Virus record (IMG/VR): IMGVR_UViG_3300042294_002635
Direction: 5' to 3' (one strand)
Origin: an uncultured virus (IMG/VR IMGVR_UViG_3300042294_002635)
Taxonomy: Duplodnaviria; Heunggongvirae; Uroviricota; Caudoviricetes
Length of the DNA: 20,000 bases
Part shown: piece after piece, positions 16,744-20,000 of the stretch
How positions within the stretch are numbered: position 1 is the stretch's first letter
Layout of the letters: every line of letters begins with the position of its first letter
Notes under the pieces: generated by a model
Seen by the model: the letters and a program-made list of their open reading frames with translations, nothing else
What the model was told of the DNA's origin: nothing
The model's database searches: none
Program-made: the position numbers and the translations under genes

Positions 16744-19700
16744 ATGATGAATCATAAAGGTTCCACTCAGAGGTGACTCTGATTGAAAATCGGGTGAATT
16801 GCTGGGATACCTTAGTTTTGCTTTTGCAAAATAGGCAATCAGCAGCCAAGGCCCCTAGGGATGGGGGCAAGGTTCAACGACTAACAGCGTACCACTAGAA
16901 CAGTGATGAGGCTGACACGAGTGCCCGACTCTTTGCTCAGGCAAAGATGATGATATAGTCTGAACTTTACAGAAATGTAGAGAAGTAAAGGATAAAGAGC
17001 CTTTACGATAACAAGTTGCTACAACAAACTTATGCAGGTGTGGATTAATTAGGGTCCCAACTTCCAAACAAAGTTGAAAATCGGGTGAATTGCTGGGACA
17101 CCTTAGTTTTGCTTTTGCAAAATAGGCAATCAGCAGCCAAGGCCCCTAGGGATAGGGGCAAGGTTCAACGACTAGATTAAGTAGCCTAGAACAGGCGAAC
17201 AATCCACGAGCGCCCGACTCTTTGCTCAAGCAAAGATGATGATATAGTCTGACCTGTATGGAAACATACAGAAGCAAAAGATAAAGAGCTTTTGCGATAA
17301 CACTGGCCAATCCTCACAACACTCGCACAAGGCTTCATGCTCCCTTTGGTGTAGGGGAAAAGAAATTGGGTGAACTGCGGGAAAGCCTACTTTTGCTTAG
17401 CAAAAGGGTCAATCCGCAGCCAAGCTTCCGGTACACCGGAAGAAGGTTCAGAGACTACCTGGGGGATTTAGTTCCCTTAATAACAGGCTAGAGCGCCCAA
17501 CGTTTTGTAAAGAAACGATAAGATAGTCCGACACTCTGTGTAAGCAGAGAAAACATACTGTCCACCAACATTGCGAATCGATAGGGTTCCACTCAGAGGT
17601 GACTCTGATTGAAAATCGGGTGAATTGCTGGGATACCTTAGTTTTGCTTTTGCAAAATAGGCAATCAGCAGCCAAGTTTACTTAGGGTCTCTACTAACTA
17701 TAGTAGTGTTAAGTAAAAAGGTTCAACGACTAGAAAGTGATCAACCCTGAAATAATCTTTCCACGAGCGCCCGACTCTCCCTTACACTACCAACGGTACA
17801 TAAAGTTTATCCTCTCCAGACCCCCAAGGAGTTTGACACGAGAACCCGGACACCACATTCACCATATAGTGCCCAAGTGCATGAAGGGTGGAAATGAAGA
17901 TGGTAACCTAATCAAACTCACCTACAGAGAGCACTACCTGTCTCACTGCCTACTGGCTCTAGCTTTCTCTTCCATAAAGAGGTTAGGCAAAGCTATAAAC
18001 TCTTTCAAGGAGTCTTCGAAAAACTCCAGAGTGTACGAAACCTTAGCTCATCATAAACACTCGGACGAAACTAGGTTTAAAATTGGCAAATCCAATAAAG
18101 GAAAGGCCAGACCCAGGAAAGTTCCAATGTCTGATAAAGAAAGATCCGCTCGTGCAGAATTATGCAAGAACAGAGTGTGGAGTGCAGAATCAAGACAGAA
18201 ACTTAAAGATAAGGCACTTAGTAAACCAACTATACAATTCGCCTTGCAAGCCGCTAATAGACCCGACCGGGATCGAACAGGCATTAAAAACCCTCGGGCT
18301 AATGTCGAAGTTTGGTCTAATTTAGGTTTATTGCATGAAGTTTGGGTTTCTAACGAAAAGTGTGGGGCCAGGAAGCTGTTCCGGCTAACCGGTCTAGGTA
18401 ATACTTGGCAGTCTCTGCGAACCGTTGTTAAAAAGTTTAAGGAAGATGATGATATAGTCTGATCTTTGCAGAAATGCGAAGAAGTGAAGGATAAAGAGCC
18501 TTCACGGTAACAAGTGTTTATCGCACCGGTTGTGGACACCCCTACCCGCGCTGGGAGAATTCTCAGATTTGGGAAGGAACAGTTTGCTATAAACGATTTC
18601 CGTCGTGCTTACGGAACTAACATCCCATACGTCCAAAGCCGCTACGACTCTGAGCCTTATGCTCTAGAGCAGGAAGTGGTCGCCTGGGAATTGCCTGAAG
18701 AGGTAATTGAAAATGCCGGGGAAGGGCCCGCGCAGGTGGATTATTTTTTACGTGCAATTTCGATCGCAGCGTAGGTCCACTATAAATTGGGTGAATTGCT
18801 GGAACCCCCGTGTGGGAAATCAGCAGCCAAGTTTACTACGTCGAATCAGTACTATACTGAAAGTAGTAAAAAGGTTCAACGACTAGATGTTGAGTTTCGA
18901 CAACAATAACGCATCCACGAGCGCCCAAAGCATTGTATGCCACTACTTAAACAAGTACGAGAAGTGGTATTGGAGTTTAATTGACAAGTACGAGAAGAGA
19001 GACCAACTCCCAGACCAATACGAGTGCCATCACCCCATCCCCAAAGAAATTTGGCCAAAAGGGTGGAGAGACTCTTCCGTAATTTGGACTGTTGGAGTTA
19101 CCTTTAGGGAGCACTTTATACTTCACCTTTTGCTGGTGAAGTCTGGTTTGTCTGGCTCTTGTGCCCTGAAAAGATTTTTAGATCAGTTCGGGCGCGGAAG
19201 AAACAAAACCTCTACAGCCACAAATCTTAAGCAGTTTTGGAAAGATTTCATGAACGCCAGGTTTGTCCCCCATAACAAAGGGAAGACAGGACTACCTTAC
19301 GTCACAGAAAGTTATAAACAAGCTGTAGGTAAAGGCGGAAGAGGGAGGTTGAACAACCCCTCCCTGGTATGCAAGCCTTGGAAAAATAACAAGGCATCAA
19401 ATGAAACCCTAGAAGTATGGGGCATTGCAGATTACCTTCACTTCCACTACCAGTTCGTCCCTAAAAAGAAAGGTAACAACGGTTGCTGGAGACTAGCAAA
19501 AGCAGTCGGCATCCCTCCCTCCACAACTTTGTCAAATATAGTCCAAGCTTTCAACGGAAAACTCAAATCTCTCTGTCCGAACGGGGGAAAGTGGGACCCG
19601 AACGAAGATCAAGACTGGATAACTTCCTCAATGTTATGATATAGTCTGAACATTGCCGACAACAAGGTAATGAATCAGCGGATAAAGAGCCGCTGAGTTA

Positions 19701-20000
19701 ACAAATTGCTTCGCGCAATCGAAACCAGGAATGCAATGTCCAGATTGATGAACAGCTACGAGTACACCGTTGCTCAAGCTGTTTCCGTCACCGCGACTTA
19801 CAACCCTTACGAGCCCTATAACGGAACCGCAGGTTCCCAGACCGGACTCGGTTTCACAACCTGGACAAACTTCAAGACAGCTTACGGCTCCGTTGCTGGA
19901 GACGCCGCCTGGTCTGGTGCTACTTCTAACCCAATTGAAGACATCCTAACCCTCAAGCGTGCAGTCGCCAACCAAATCGGTATCCGTCCAAACTCCGCAG
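16744..20000 (+). CDS. Major capsid protein, split by five group I introns, 3'-partial: join(16744..16752,17019..17045,17307..17345,17561..17578,18517..18741,19709..>20000)
   Basis: RBS aagga at 16729. The spliced product is MMN|LQQTYAGVD|PILTTLAQGFMLP|STNIAN|FIAPVVDTPTRAGRILRFGKEQF...GPAQVD|LRAIETRNAMSRL...WSGATSNPIEDILTLKRAVANQIGIRPNSA. VDPILTTLAQGF and W....SNPIEDI.......GIRPN are capsid-family motifs, and the gene position fits. Confidence 0.9.
16753..17018 (+). mobile_element. Group I intron 1 (266 nt, no ORF)
   Basis: P1 gaaU/Gttc; P AATTGCTGGGA; Q AATCAGCAG; R TTCAACGACTA; P3 tcgggtg/tgcccga; P8 tctttgc/gcaaaga; S ATGATATAGTC; terminal G at 17018. Confidence 0.9.
17046..17306 (+). mobile_element. 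Group I intron 2 (261 nt, no ORF)
   Basis: P1 ggaU/Gtcc; the same P, Q, R and S elements; begins with in-frame TAA; terminal G at 17306 restores VD|PIL. Confidence 0.92.
17346..17560 (+). mobile_element. Group I intron 3 (215 nt, minimal, no ORF)
   Basis: P1 tcccU/Gggga; P10 ttggtg pairs with exon caccaa; P AACTGCGGGAA; Q AATCCGCAG; R TTCAGAGACTA; S AAGATAGTCC; terminal G at 17560. Confidence 0.92.
17579..18516 (+). mobile_element. Group I intron 4 (938 nt) carrying an HNH endonuclease
   Basis: P1 gaaU/Gttc; 7-bp P10 cgatagg/tttatcg; complete P, Q, R and S elements; ORF expands P8; terminal G at 18516. Confidence 0.93.
17737..18462 (+). CDS. Intron-encoded HNH homing endonuclease with NUMOD3-like repeats
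   Basis: YQRYIKFI...HIHHIVPKCMKGGNEDGNLIKLTYREHYLSHCLL; HSDETRFKIGKSNKGK; WSAESRQKLK. Confidence 0.88.
   Translation: MINPEIIFPRAPDSPLHYQRYIKFILSRPPRSLTREPGHHIHHIVPKCMKGGNEDGNLIKLTYREHYLSHCLLALAFSSIKRLGKAINSFKESSKNSRVYETLAHHKHSDETRFKIGKSNKGKARPRKVPMSDKERSARAELCKNRVWSAESRQKLKDKALSKPTIQFALQAANRPDRDRTGIKNPRANVEVWSNLGLLHEVWVSNEKCGARKLFRLTGLGNTWQSLRTVVKKFKEDDDIV
18742..19708 (+). mobile_element. Group I intron 5 (967 nt) carrying an HNH endonuclease
   Basis: P1 gtggaU/Gtccac; P AATTGCTGGAA; Q AATCAGCAG; R TTCAACGACTA; S ATGATATAGTC at about 19636-19646; terminal G at 19708. Confidence 0.92.
18887..19639 (+). CDS. Intron-encoded HNH-type homing endonuclease
   Basis: KYEKWYWSLIDK...YECHHPIPKEIW...VTFREHFILHLLL, the same HNH subfamily pattern as the intron 4 ORF. 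Confidence 0.82.
   Translation: MLSFDNNNASTSAQSIVCHYLNKYEKWYWSLIDKYEKRDQLPDQYECHHPIPKEIWPKGWRDSSVIWTVGVTFREHFILHLLLVKSGLSGSCALKRFLDQFGRGRNKTSTATNLKQFWKDFMNARFVPHNKGKTGLPYVTESYKQAVGKGGRGRLNNPSLVCKPWKNNKASNETLEVWGIADYLHFHYQFVPKKKGNNGCWRLAKAVGIPPSTTLSNIVQAFNGKLKSLCPNGGKWDPNEDQDWITSSML

Noticed and set aside
17015..17018. Alternative 3' splice site for intron 1 at G17015, adding one Leu
   Set aside because: It is in frame and cannot be fully excluded, but G17018 matches the spacing after TAACA in introns 2, 4 and 5 and gives a C-G first P10 pair.
16855..17675. Short minus-strand ORFs over the intron cluster
   Set aside because: They are antisense to ribozyme cores and resemble one another only because the introns are repeated.
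16759..17676. Repeated ~90-100 nt blocks as a CRISPR-like array or misassembly
   Set aside because: They are group I core sequences, each copy has its own P1/P10 matched to distinct exons, and the exons join into a sensible protein.
18514..18774. Stand-alone 86-aa ORF from the ORF track
   Set aside because: It is capsid exon 5 plus the first codons of intron 5; its GTG start is the end of intron 4.

Overview
Segment of a tailed (contractile, myovirus-like) dsDNA phage genome, with all supported genes on the + strand. It carries a mitochondrial Pol-gamma-like family A DNA polymerase, several small ORFs, and a tail/baseplate block: a tail assembly chaperone with a -1 frameshift, a virion morphogenesis protein, a gpX/LysM-like protein, a very large (~1217 aa) tail sheath, an RHH protein and a gp25-like wedge. 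A Mu-like head block follows: DUF935-type portal, protease-scaffold, gpF-like protein and a decoration protein. The main result is that the major capsid gene, absent from the ORF track as a single ORF, can be reconstructed from 16744 to the window end. It is split by five group I introns within its first 106 codons, giving exons of 9, 27, 39, 18 and 225 nt plus a final exon running off the window. All five introns are phase 0, and two encode HNH homing endonucleases that overlap the ribozyme core. A recurring GGGTAAAAC motif upstream of structural genes is a candidate late promoter. All family assignments come from motif recognition by eye; no searches were run.
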